Positions 11,166 through 21,246 of a DNA stretch of 33,612 nt are shown here, in pieces. Source of the stretch: Thraustochytrium aureum (Eukaryota). The notes beneath the pieces are model-generated. The model was given only the letters and a program-made list of their open reading frames with translations, ran no database searches and was not told where the DNA came from. The stretch covers positions 58,707 through 92,318 of the forward strand of contig BLSG01000337.1 of NCBI GenBank assembly GCA_012862495.1. Direction: 5' to 3'. Made by a program: the position numbers and the translations under genes. Position 1 is the first letter of the stretch. Each line of letters starts with the position of its first letter.

Positions 11166-12098
11166 ATGGTCTCGCTGGGCGCAGCCGCGGCCCTGAGGGT
11201 GGGCTTTGTCGGGCTCGGCAACATGGGCGGCCACATGGCACGCAACCTGCTGAAGAAGGGCAACCAAGTGGTGGCCTTTGACGTGGCCCCTGCCGCGCTC
11301 GAGCGGATTCGGGAAGCGGGCGGCGCGGTGGCCGCCTCGCCGGCTGAAATGGCCGAGGGCTGCGACGCGGTCATCACCATGCTGCCGTCAAACAACCACG
11401 TTCGCGAGGCGTATCTGGGAGACGAAGGCATCCTGAAAACCCTCCGGAAGGGCGCGCTCTGTGTGGACAGCAGCACAATCGACCCAGCCGTATCCCGCCT
11501 CGTTGCGGCCCAAGTCGTGGCGGCTGGCTCAGAGTTTGCGGACGCCCCCGTGTCGGGTGGCGTGGGCGGCGCCGAAGCCGGCACGTTGACCTTCATGGTG
11601 GGCGGGCCGGCGGCCACGTTTGGTCGGTGCCAGCCGTTCCTTTCGCAGATGGGCGCCAACATCGTTCATTGTGGAGACGTCGGGACGGGGCAGGTGGCCA
11701 AGCTCTGCAACAACATGGTCCTGGGCATCTCGATGATCGGCGTTGCAGAAGCGATGAACCTCGGCAGCAAGCTTGGCATGGATCGCAACAAGCTCGCGGG
11801 CATCTTGAACACGTCTACTGCGCGGTGCTGGTCGAGCGACACGTACAACCCCGCTCCTGGCGTGATGGCGGGCGTTCCTTCTTCGCGGGGGTACACGGGC
11901 GGCTTTGGCAGCGCGCTGATGTTGAAGGACCTCGGCCTCGTTGCGGATGCTGCAAAGGGTGTCGGGGCCCCGATCCCGATGGGCGAGTCTGCGCATGCGT
12001 TCTACCAGCTCTTGGTGGCGAACGGGATGGGTGGAAAGGACTTTTCGGTGGCGTTCAAGTTTCTCGGCGGAGAGGATGCGGACCCCATCAAGGAGTAG
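11166..12098 (+). CDS. HIBADH: 3-hydroxyisobutyrate dehydrogenase
   Basis: VGFVGLGNMGGHMARNL, DSSTIDP, DAPVSGGVGGAEAGTLTFMVGG, AKLCNNM, RCWSSDTYNPAPGV, LMLKDLGL, KDFS. The true start could lie upstream in the gap. Confidence 0.96.
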   Translation: MVSLGAAAALRVGFVGLGNMGGHMARNLLKKGNQVVAFDVAPAALERIREAGGAVAASPAEMAEGCDAVITMLPSNNHVREAYLGDEGILKTLRKGALCVDSSTIDPAVSRLVAAQVVAAGSEFADAPVSGGVGGAEAGTLTFMVGGPAATFGRCQPFLSQMGANIVHCGDVGTGQVAKLCNNMVLGISMIGVAEAMNLGSKLGMDRNKLAGILNTSTARCWSSDTYNPAPGVMAGVPSSRGYTGGFGSALMLKDLGLVADAAKGVGAPIPMGESAHAFYQLLVANGMGGKDFSVAFKFLGGEDADPIKE

Positions 12099-12319
12099 GA
12101 CGCCTTGCGACGGTCCTCCAGGGAACACCCTCCAGGCATTTTACTAAATTATCCTCCAAAAGAATCCATACAACATTCTTTTGAACAGTCAGTGCTAAAG
12201 CTGCCCCATGGGCCGCTGGACCAGGCGAGAGCAGCGATTTTTTGCATGGCCCTCCCAAGACCACAAAAATCTCCTACAGTGCAGAGTGCTCGGCGGCGTC
12301 CTCAAGCTCGCCCACCCGT

Positions 12320-14420
12320 TCAAAACTCGTGCCTGACACTCCCCCTCGCATCAAGCGGCGCCGGGGGGGCCGACGGCGCGCTCGAGCTCGCGCTGGGCAC
12401 GGGGACCGCAAAAGGGACGCTCGTCTCGTTCATTGTGGCCGCGGATCCCATCGCCGTCAAGCCTCCGCGGAAAGACTGACCCAATGCGCCGTCCGCCGAA
12501 GGCGCCGGCGCAGGGAGCTGGCCACCGTTGAGGTGGCGCTGCGAGCGCTCGATCGCGAGGTGGCGCTGGGAGGCCAACGTGGGCGGGTTTGGGCGGATCC
12601 CCTTGCTTGACATGTACTCGACGAGCTGGCCGGGGATCTCCGCGAGGACCTCCGCGGCGAGAGCCGAGTAGTGCTGGTTGAGGAATTTGCGGAACGGGAC
12701 GAACTGCACGATGTCGCGCTTCATGGTCTTGCCCCGGTACGTGAGCGGCGTGTCGTCGGCATCAAGCGTCTCCATGTTGTCAAAGTTGGCGTTGCCCACG
12801 CCGACGATGACGATGCTGAGCGGAAGCTCGGAACCTTCAATAATCTGCTCGATCCTGTGCGTTTCGGTGTCAAGATCAAGGCCGAGAAAGAGGCGAGGCA
12901 AGAGGTCAGAATCATAGACTAGAAGTGCGCGTGGCCGGCAAGCGAGGCACTTACGATTGGTCCATGTCGTTGAGCACGCCGTCCGTGAGCAACAAGAGCA
13001 CGGTGTAGTTCTGGTTGAGCTGCGTGCACTGCTGGCGGGCGTAGTTGTTCGCCGTGGCGAGGACCTTGGAGAAGAGCGTCGGCCCCGACAGACTCACAAA
13101 GTTGAACGCGTTCGCGTAAACCTCCATGATGCCCTCCACGCCGACCACCTCTGGCTTTCCGGGTCAAACGTGAGCGGAAAGCAGTGGTTGACTGAGCCGT
13201 TCACGGCGCCGCCAAAGCCCAGGACTGGAATGCGGCCGTCCGAGTCGTAGTCTTGCAGAATCTCGCCGACGCTCAAAATTGCCTTTTGGTACTCGTTGAG
13301 GAGAGCAAAGTTGCGCTGGCTGCCGGGCGCGAGCGCGCTTGGGTGCTGATGGTGCAAGCTCGACCTGCAACGCAGTCCTGCGAGTTAGCGACGGTTGTCC
13401 GAGCCCCAGCAACGGCTCGACGGCTGCACGGCGGCCAAGCGAAGCGAAAAAAACTTACGGTGTCGAGTACGCCCCGTTCGAGGCAGTGAAATCGATCGCG
13501 ACGATCAAATTGAGATCGCACCCGCCCCGGATGTACTCGAGGAAGCTGAACCGCTTTTCAATCGTGATCGAGAGGGCCTTGAGCGTCCCCGAGCCTTGGT
13601 ACTTGTGGCCCTTTTTCTGCTTGATCTCAGGGTGGTCCAACCGCATGCTTTTCTCGCCGACGCCGTTGAGCTGGTTGAGCGAGACGATAGTCTCGCCGAT
13701 CAGCGAGTGGCTGCCGTTCGCGTTCCAGTCAAACACCGCCAGTTTCAGCGGGCGGTCGAGGTCACCGTTGCATAGGACTTGGACGGGCACATCTGCTGGG
13801 TTCCAGATTGGGTTGAGCTCCTTCATGATGGTCTCAGACTCCCAGACCTTGACCCATCCGCCGTCCTCGCGGGAGCGGGAGATCGTCAGGAAGGGGTCGC
13901 TCTTGCCAAAACCAAACCAGTCCTTGCGGTCGAGCTTGAGCGCCGCAAATCGAAGGTGCGCGACGTCCTCGCAAGAGGAGACCTCCTCGCCGCGCAGGAC
14001 GATTCGGCCGCGGCCGTGCTTGCTTCCCATGTGCTCCAGGTCGTCGCTGAACACGGCTCCCCGGCTGCCCATGATTTTCGAGAGCGTCGTAGCGCATGTG
14101 CCGATGAAATCGTGCGCGCTGAGGGCGTCGGAGTCGTTGTCGCGGTCGTACACGTCAAACTTGAGCTCTTGCACGCGCTCGAAGTGGTACACGATCTTTA
14201 CGGGCTCTGTGAAGTCAGGGTTGAGGTTGTCCCAGACCGTCTTGGTGCGCATCAGCTCGCGCCAGGGCTCTGCCCTCGACTCGCGTCCAGAGACGACCAC
14301 GAAGGGGTCGCTCTTGCTCAGCAAGTCCATGTTTTTCAGCTCTCGGCAGGAAATGTACAGCTCCACCTTGCTGCTCAGGTTCGAGTCGACCTCCACGACG
14401 GCCGCCGTGGGCACGGCCAT
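12320..14420 (-). CDS. Copine (C2A-C2B-vWA); exons 14420-13459, 13364-12955, 12854-12320; one missing base near 13156
   Basis: SKSDPFVVV, NLNPDF, KSDPFL, FSFLEYIRGG, VAIDFTASNG, DYDSDG, LSGPTLF, LLLTDG, PLSIVIVGVG, RDIVQFVPF, VLAEIPGQ. Splicing restores ...STP|SSLH and ...MDQS|IEQI. Confidence 0.93.
12855..12954 (-). other. Spliceosomal intron 2 of copine (100 nt)
   Basis: GTAAGT donor, pyrimidine-rich body, GCACAG acceptor; removal restores the frame. Confidence 0.88.
13365..13458 (-). other. Spliceosomal intron 1 of copine (94 nt)
   Basis: GTAAGT donor and TTGCAG acceptor; removal restores the copine SNG..P.SLH motif. Confidence 0.88.
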
Positions 14421-14492
14421 TGTCGCCTACGCGCGTCTCTCGCTCACCGCCAGGCCTGCCTTTCGTGCGCGCTCTCGCTCTCCGTGGCGCCC

Positions 14493-14514
14493 TTCGATCG
14501 ATCGATCGATCGAA
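14493..14514. repeat. Perfect 22-bp palindrome TTC(GATC)4GAA
   Basis: ttcgatcgatcgatcgatcgaa equals its own reverse complement; about 75 bp upstream of the copine ATG. Confidence 0.85.
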
Positions 14515-14720
14515 CGGGGTCTGCTTCGGCCTCGCTCTTTCTTCCCCTCCTTCCCCGCGTCAAGCACGCTGCCCCCCTCGACGAACAACACAGGAAAACC
14601 CGTATAAACAAAACAACATAAATACACTCCATTACACGCCGTGATTTATCAATGGTTTTGCCGAGGCGGTCGTGAGGGGCAGCGGCGCACGCCGGGGAAA
14701 CAGCGAACGCCTTTCCAAGG

Positions 14721-14801
14721 TGCGCCATCGCAGAGGAACATAAAGAGCCTGGGGAATGCGCCAAGCGCAGAGGAACATAAAGAGCCTGGGGAATGCGCGA
14801 A
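14721..14801. repeat. Tandem duplication of a 36-37 bp unit
   Basis: cgcagaggaacataaagagcctggggaatgcgc occurs twice in direct succession. Confidence 0.9.
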
Positions 14802-16325
14802 GCGGCAGTTATCACTGACCGAGGGCGTGAGTGGGCGCTGCTCTGCTTGGAGGCCTCCCATCATGGAGGCAGACGCGGCGGCTGTCTTGAAGCAGAATTC
14901 AGAAGAGCGTTGGACGCCGCCGCACTGGCAGGGGCTCTCATTCATCGCGCTGTGCCGGAATCGTTCAATCGCGAGGACCACAGCACAGCAGCCGCCGGTG
15001 GCATGGCAGGCAGAAGACCGGCCTGAGGCANNNNNNNNNNNNNNNNNNNNNNNNNNNNNNNNNNNNNNNNNNNNNNNNNNNNNNNNNNNNNNNNNNNNNN
15101 NNNNNNNNNNNNNNNNNNNNNNNNNNNNNNNNNNNNNNNNNNNNNNNNNNNNNNNNNNNNNNNNNNNNNNNNNNNNNNNNNNNNNNNNNNNNNNNNNNNN
15201 NNNNNNNNNNNNNNNNNNNNNNNNNNNNNNNNNNNNNNNNNNNNNNNNNNNNNNNNNNNNNNNNNNNNNNNNNNNNNNNNNNNNNNNNNNNNNNNNNNNN
15301 NNNNNNNNNNNNNNNNNNNNNNNNNNNNNNNNNNNNNNNNNNNNNNNNNNNNNNNNNNNNNNNNNNNNNNNNNNNNNNNNNNNNNNNNNNNNNNNNNNNN
15401 NNNNNNNNNNNNNNNNNNNNNNNNNNNNNNNNNNNNNNNNNNNNNNNNNNNNNNNNNNNNNNNNNNNNNNNNNNNNNNNNNNNNNNNNNNNNNNNNNNNN
15501 NNNNNNNNNNNNNNNNNNNNNNNNNNNNNNNNNNNNNNNNNNNNNNNNNNNNNNNNNNNNNNNNNNNNNNNNNNNNNNNNNNNNNNNNNNNNNNNNNNNN
15601 NNNNNNNNNNNNNNNNNNNNNNNNNNNNNNNNNNNNNNNNNNNNNNNNNNNNNNNNNNNNNNNNNNNNNNNNNNNNNNNNNNNNNNNNNNNNNNNNNNNN
15701 NNNNNNNNNNNNNNNNNNNNNNNNNNNNNNNNNNNNNNNNNNNNNNNNNNNNNNNNNNNNNNNNNNNNNNNNNNNNNNNNNNNNNNNNNNNNNNNNNNNN
15801 NNNNNNNNNNNNNNNNNNNNNNNNNNNNNNNNNNNNNNNNNNNNNNNNNNNNNNNNNNNNNNNNNNNNNNNNNNNNNNNNNNNNNNNNNNNNNCCATCGG
15901 ACCGAATGCCGCTGCAGGACGTGCCGCGCCATCCGTGGAAGTTTTGCACCACCCAGACCCCGCCGGCCCGCGGGCCCCGCTCGGTGCTTCAGACGTGCGG
16001 CTCTAGGCTAGAGTAGCGGTATGCACAGGCAAAAGCCTTCCGACGTGCCAGGCACGATAACAGAGCGCGATGTCAGAGCGCGACAAACACGGGCCAGCCA
16101 GATGCAGAACCACCTAGCTCTCTGTTGATGAAAGCGAAGGCTGGCCGAACGAAATCCAACGCGAGGCAAGGGCTTCAAGGCGGGTTTGAGGAGACGCGGC
16201 CACGCCAGCGCGACCAGGAGACCGACAGCAGCATTTGCTATCTCAAATCATTGTAACAAAAAATCCATCCTCACCCTGCCGTTTCAATCAAACCAGGACA
16301 CATGCGCGGAGCGTGCTAAAACCAA

Positions 16326-17924
16326 CTAAAACAGGTCCCAGACCTTGTCGTCTTTGGCCGCAAACTTGACCGGCTCGCTTCGAGCCGCCGCGGCCACTGC
16401 GACGTTCTCTTTCCAAAAGATGCGAGAAACCTCGATGGCGCTCCCATTCGCCAACGCAGACGGTGTCGCAGCCGCGCAAGAATCAAGCTTGAATGGCAAG
16501 CCGTTGAGCAAGGCGCGGTTTGCCCAGGCCTCGACGCCGAGCTCGGGACTCGGTCCCCTCCAGCCGAAGAGAACCGCGTTCTCGTGGTCCCTGTCATGCT
16601 CGGCCACTTCGTTGATGTCCAGCAAGACCTGCACGCAGGCGGGCGAAAAGGCGGCAGCCATGAGGTTCAGCGCTTCCATCTCGTCGCGTCCATACCCCGC
16701 GTTGACAGCGCAGCCGCCTTCAGGCGCGAGCGCAGCAGCTAGATTGCCAAAGAACTCGGTCGTGAGCAGCGACCGCGGCAGTTCGCCTGCCGTATACACG
16801 TCGAGAATGATAAAGTCGAAGCGAGCGCGGTTCTCGGTCCGAGCGAGAAATTCGGCTGCGTCAACCACGTGCACATGCCATGCTGGTAAGTCGATCGCGG
16901 AGCCCGCAGCGGCGCTCGGCGGAGTGGCCTTTGAGCGCTTCTCAGAGCCTCGTCGGCCCCGCCTCCGCACCGCTCTGGACGCAAAGCCGGGGATGCCAAG
17001 CTCCGCTGCGCTTGGCAGAGGCTTGTAGGTCCCTGGGATGTCGGCGCACGGGATGTCGTCAGCGACCCGCGAGGGTTCGCAGCGCAAGCCGAAAAACCGC
17101 TCGGCCGCTCGGGCGGCCGCCTCGCTGCACTCGACAGCCTCGCGAGCGCCGGCAGGGCAGTGGCGGGCCAGGAATGCCGGTACCGAGCCCCCGCCAAGTC
17201 CGATGACAAGGACGCGGCCCTTATGGAAAGAGCCGTGGCGTTGGCTCAGGTGAAACGCTGCGAGCCCGGCAAGCGTGCACGTGTAAAAGTTCTCCAGGGT
17301 CTCCCCTGGCGCCCGACAGAGGTCGACCTCGGTCTCTCGGAACTCGTTGGCGCCCTTCCAGGTACCAAGAACCAAGTGCCGCATGCGCTGAAGCGTCCCG
17401 TCGGACGCGGTCTCCACGACGTCGAGCACCGAGCAGCCGGGCTCGTTGTGCACCACCTTGATGGGCCACACTAGCTCGTCCCTAGCCACGAACGGGTCGA
17501 TGAGGTCCAGGGATTCGAGCGCCTCCTGCTCCCAGCACCGCTGCTCAGGGCGCGCCTCGTCAATTCCGGCAGCCTCTCGCCGTCCAACGCTACCCTTGAG
17601 CGCAGCGAGCAGCAGCAGCGCCTGGTCCGAGAGGCCAACGAGGCTCTCGCTCCCCTTGGGCGCAAATCCGTTGTCCTTCGGTCTATCCACCGCCTGAATC
17701 ATCGCGAGCAGCAGAGCGAGTCCATCCCGCTGCAGCACCTCGAACGCCAACGCGAGTCGTTCCCCGCTGCCAGCATCAAGCTCGCCAATACGTTCTGCCA
17801 AGCGTCCAACGTCGCGAGCGACCCCCGCCAAGTCAGCGCCGGCGTTCTGGCCCCGCACAACCTCACTGAGGCCACGCAGCGCGGCGTTGACCACCGCGTC
17901 CACCGCGGCGACCGCCCCGTCCAT
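16326..17924 (-). CDS. SAM-dependent methyltransferase, spermidine-synthase-like (resembles the METTL13 C-terminal domain type)
   Basis: RVLVIGLGGGSVPAFL (motif I), AVEC, VHVVDAAEFL, FDFIILDV, EFFGNLAAALAPEGGCAVN. ATG 17924 (MDGAVAAV) follows a low-complexity upstream region. Confidence 0.8.
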   Translation of the reverse strand: MDGAVAAVDAVVNAALRGLSEVVRGQNAGADLAGVARDVGRLAERIGELDAGSGERLALAFEVLQRDGLALLLAMIQAVDRPKDNGFAPKGSESLVGLSDQALLLLAALKGSVGRREAAGIDEARPEQRCWEQEALESLDLIDPFVARDELVWPIKVVHNEPGCSVLDVVETASDGTLQRMRHLVLGTWKGANEFRETEVDLCRAPGETLENFYTCTLAGLAAFHLSQRHGSFHKGRVLVIGLGGGSVPAFLARHCPAGAREAVECSEAAARAAERFFGLRCEPSRVADDIPCADIPGTYKPLPSAAELGIPGFASRAVRRRGRRGSEKRSKATPPSAAAGSAIDLPAWHVHVVDAAEFLARTENRARFDFIILDVYTAGELPRSLLTTEFFGNLAAALAPEGGCAVNAGYGRDEMEALNLMAAAFSPACVQVLLDINEVAEHDRDHENAVLFGWRGPSPELGVEAWANRALLNGLPFKLDSCAAATPSALANGSAIEVSRIFWKENVAVAAAARSEPVKFAAKDDKVWDLF

Positions 17925-18099
17925 CGACCCCAGCGCCAGCCAGCCAGCCAGCCAGCGGACGCGCACCACAGCAGGCAAAGGGGGTCGATTCCGAAAGCGT
18001 ATTGGGCGCTGCCCTGGCCGCACGAGCGAGCGCCCTCGCCCCCGAGCGAGCGCTGTCCTCCGCGAGCGCGCGCGGGAATGCATCGCTCCAATCAATGCC

Positions 18100-18710
18100 A
18101 GATCGACAGCAGGAACAGCGAGCAGTACGGCGGGCAGAACAGCGAGCAGAACGCAAGTGAGCCGCCACGCGCGGACCACAAGCGAGCGCGCGGCACAGGA
18201 CGACACAGCCAGCCCACAGGCACCACGACAAGCAAGCACGACCAGGCCACAACAGCCGCAACCAGACCAGGCAACAGGCCAGGATGACGAGGACAACTGG
18301 CCAGGCAGACAAGGGCAGCAGGCCAGGCAGACGAGGAAAGCGGGCCGGGCAGACCAGGACAACAGGCCAGGCAGCCCAGGACAGCAGGCCAAGTCCTGAT
18401 ACAGCCACAACAGCAGCAGCCCAACACCACAGCGGCACAGCCCAATCAGCGGCACAGCCCAATCAGTTCAGAGCAGCAGAATGAAATTCAGAGCGTTGTG
18501 CGTTGAAGACGACGCGGAACACAGCGCTGATCGTCGACCAGACTTATCCGTTGGAGGCGTTGAGCCGCGCGACTCTCGTATCGCACATTCGCGCTGCGCT
18601 CCGCCGCACGGACGAACGCAGCAGCAGCAGCAGCAGCAGCGGTGGCAGCAGCAGCGGCAGGAGCGCAAGCAGGAGCGCGAGTAGCGGCAGCAGCAGTAGA
18701 AACAGCAGGA
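18100..18710. repeat. Low-complexity C/A/G-rich intergenic tract with a 17-bp tandem duplication (18431-18464) and CAG runs
   Basis: Repeated ccaggcag/gacaac words, agcggcacagcccaatc twice, and (CAG)n near 18619-18695. Confidence 0.75.
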
Positions 18711-18786
18711 CGCTATCGCTCTGGGGTGGGCTGCCAGAGGGCGCGAGCGCGACCGCCGGTGCCGCACGCGGTGCGAGCAAGGCGAG

Positions 18787-19905
18787 ATGATGCAGTGGCC
18801 GCCCGAGTCGAGCACGGAGGTGAAGGCGGCGCAACGCGCAGAGTCGATGCGCAAAGCGAAGGACGCGAGGCGGAGGCGGCTGCTAAACGCCAAAGTGCGC
18901 GTCCTCGGACTGGACCTGGCGACCCTCGAGCAGCAAAACGCCGCCGCGCGCGAGCAGCAAAGCCGCGAAGAAGACGAAAAGCGACGGAATGACAACTATA
19001 TCATCGCATTGTCAGAGCAGATGAAGCTGAACGCTGCACAAGAGGAGGCCGAGCGGCGAGCGGCGCACGAAGAGCTCCAAAGGGTCTGGAAAGCGCAGGC
19101 GCGCGGGCGCAAGTACCGCGCCGAGTTTGACTTGAGCGACCCGGAGCAACTGCGCAAGGATCCCGTCCCGCACCCAAGCGTGTCAGGCCCCTCGAGCGCG
19201 CAGTTTATCTCCGGCCTCGACAACTCGCGCGAAACGCAACGCGCCAAAAAGGCCGCCCAGTTCGAATTGATTTCGGAGAAGATTCGCGAGCTGGAGCAGC
19301 AGCGCGAGCGCGAGCGCCTCGAACGCGAGCACGATGCCGAGGTGGAGCGGCTCCAGGTCGCGCAGCGCACTTTTACCGAGGAAGCAGAGGCGCGCGGCCG
19401 GCGCGAACACAACACCAAAATTCGGGAGCACAATGAGTCTCTCGCAGAAGCGAACAGGCTGCGCGACGAGCTCGACCGGCAACAGGCCGAGCTGGAGGCG
19501 GTGCGAGAGTATCAGGCGGCGCGCACCAGCACGATGCTCGGCGAGTCACGATCTAAGATGCTCAACGCCCAGGGCCAAGTCCTGCGGCAGGAGTGGAAAG
19601 GGATGACCCCTGCCGAGCTGGAGCGCATCCGCCTTGAGCAGTTGGCGCAGCAAGAGGCGAACAGGCTGGCGCGCGCAGAGCAGGAGGCCGGCGACAGAGC
19701 CTGTGACAACCACATGGAGTACAACCGGCAACTCACGGTGGCGAACGAGACCGAAGCGGAGCGCGCTCGGCGACGGATGGCCGAGTCAACGCGCGCGCAC
19801 CAGGAGGTGCAGCACTCAACGTTCCAGTCGCGCAATGCGGCGCAGTCTCAGTACGACCGCGCGGTCCAACCAGTGTGGTGGCCCTTTGGAGCATCCGACC
19901 GCTGA
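18787..19905 (+). CDS. RIB43A: RIB43A-like axonemal microtubule inner protein
   Basis: RRRRLLNAKVRVLGLDLATLEQQ, EFDLSDPEQLRKD, GPSSAQFISGLD and WKGMTPAEL match RIB43A family motifs; 372 aa, coiled-coil rich. Confidence 0.85.
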   Translation: MMQWPPESSTEVKAAQRAESMRKAKDARRRRLLNAKVRVLGLDLATLEQQNAAAREQQSREEDEKRRNDNYIIALSEQMKLNAAQEEAERRAAHEELQRVWKAQARGRKYRAEFDLSDPEQLRKDPVPHPSVSGPSSAQFISGLDNSRETQRAKKAAQFELISEKIRELEQQRERERLEREHDAEVERLQVAQRTFTEEAEARGRREHNTKIREHNESLAEANRLRDELDRQQAELEAVREYQAARTSTMLGESRSKMLNAQGQVLRQEWKGMTPAELERIRLEQLAQQEANRLARAEQEAGDRACDNHMEYNRQLTVANETEAERARRRMAESTRAHQEVQHSTFQSRNAAQSQYDRAVQPVWWPFGASDR

Positions 19906-20292
19906 GAGGTGGCGCGAAAAGAGGGGAATTGAGTCTTCCTGGCCGTCTTGGCGCGGAGGCGGCTCGAGCGAATCCGCGGCTGGTCGGCTGGTCCTTATAA
20001 TATAGCTTCCGTTTACCACTGGCATTACGCGCTTCCCACGCAGCTCGTTGTTGTTGTCGCTGTTGTTGCTTTTGATTGATTGAGCTTTTTGAAAAGCCTG
20101 CCAATGCTGGCGAGTTGGACGCAAGGACCGCCCGCCTGCGGGCAAAGAGCACAGCTGCTCGCCGAATCGCCGAGAAAAGCGCAACCAGCCTCGTTCGGCC
20201 CCAAACCAGCCGCGAGGTCAAGTGGCGGCTACGGGCGTGCTACAGGCACCGCCGCATGACACGCTCGCTGACAGCAGACCAGGCCTGCTGCC

Positions 20293-21246
20293 TCAGGCCT
20301 GCGTGGCCATTTTCACAAGTCGATCCGCCTCGTCCTCTGGCATGAACTTGAGAATCCATGGGTGGAAGAGGGCGATCCGAATCGGGCAGATTCTGCCCGC
20401 CGGGTCCTTGACGAGGAACTTGCCCACAAACTCGCTGGCCTCTTTGGAGCAGTCCGGTGGGAGGCGCCACTCGCCAAACTGAATGTTGGACTCGGTCTCC
20501 TTCCAGTCGTCGTTGTAGAAAGGCGCGATGCCCACGAGCATCTCAGCCGCCACGCAGCCCGCCATCCAGATGTCGACGCGCTCGTCGTACTGCTCCTTGC
20601 GCGTCATTTCAGGTGGAATGTAGTCGAGCGTGCCGCAAAACGTGAGCCGCTTCATCTTCTCGTGCGCGTTGCTGTTGTTGACGGACCAGCCAAAGTCGGC
20701 AAGCCGGATCGACTTGTCCGCCGCCACGAGGATGTTTTCTGGCTTGATGTCGCGGTGCACGACGCCGTGCTTGTGGCAGGTGGCGATGGCGCTCACGAGC
20801 TCGCGCATGACCTGCGAGGCGCGCTCCTCCGTGAGCCGGCCGGCCGGCGCAGCATTCATCTCCGTGCAGATGTTGCCGCCAGGCACATATTCGAGCACAA
20901 GGTAGACGCGCTGCGCGTCTACAAAGTAGGTGTAGAGGCGCACTATGTTGCGATGGCGGATGCGCGAGTGGATCTCCGTCTCGCGCTTGACTTGCTCGAT
21001 GTATCCCTCCTTCTCCAGGTCTGCCTTCCACATTATTTTCAGAGCCACCTTTTTGCCAGACTTTTTGTCCTTGGCGAGGTGAACAAAGCCAAACTTGCCC
21101 TTGCCGAGCTGCCGCCCCACACCAAAGTCCGCGAGGCTCAGCTGCCTGCTGGGCTGCTGGGCCCTGGTTCGGGCGGGCTGGTTCTGGCTCGCGCTCACAT
21201 TCTCCTGCTCTCGCTTCGTGCTCTCCGCGAACCGCACGCCGCTCAT
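20293..21246 (-). CDS. Aurora kinase (copy 1, intronless)
   Basis: LSLADFGVGRQLGKGKFGFV, VALK, HRDIKPEN, DFGWS...RLTFCGTLDYIPPEM, HPWI; ATG at 21246. Confidence 0.93.
   Translation of the reverse strand: MSGVRFAESTKREQENVSASQNQPARTRAQQPSRQLSLADFGVGRQLGKGKFGFVHLAKDKKSGKKVALKIMWKADLEKEGYIEQVKRETEIHSRIRHRNIVRLYTYFVDAQRVYLVLEYVPGGNICTEMNAAPAGRLTEERASQVMRELVSAIATCHKHGVVHRDIKPENILVAADKSIRLADFGWSVNNSNAHEKMKRLTFCGTLDYIPPEMTRKEQYDERVDIWMAGCVAAEMLVGIAPFYNDDWKETESNIQFGEWRLPPDCSKEASEFVGKFLVKDPAGRICPIRIALFHPWILKFMPEDEADRLVKMATQA

Noticed and set aside
14721..14801. 36-37 bp direct repeats as a CRISPR array
   Set aside because: Only two adjacent copies, no spacers, no cas genes and a eukaryotic context.
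17925..18455. Cys/Leu-rich N-terminal extension of the 709-aa ORF
   Set aside because: It is a translation of low-complexity intergenic repeats; protein-like sequence starts at ATG 17924.
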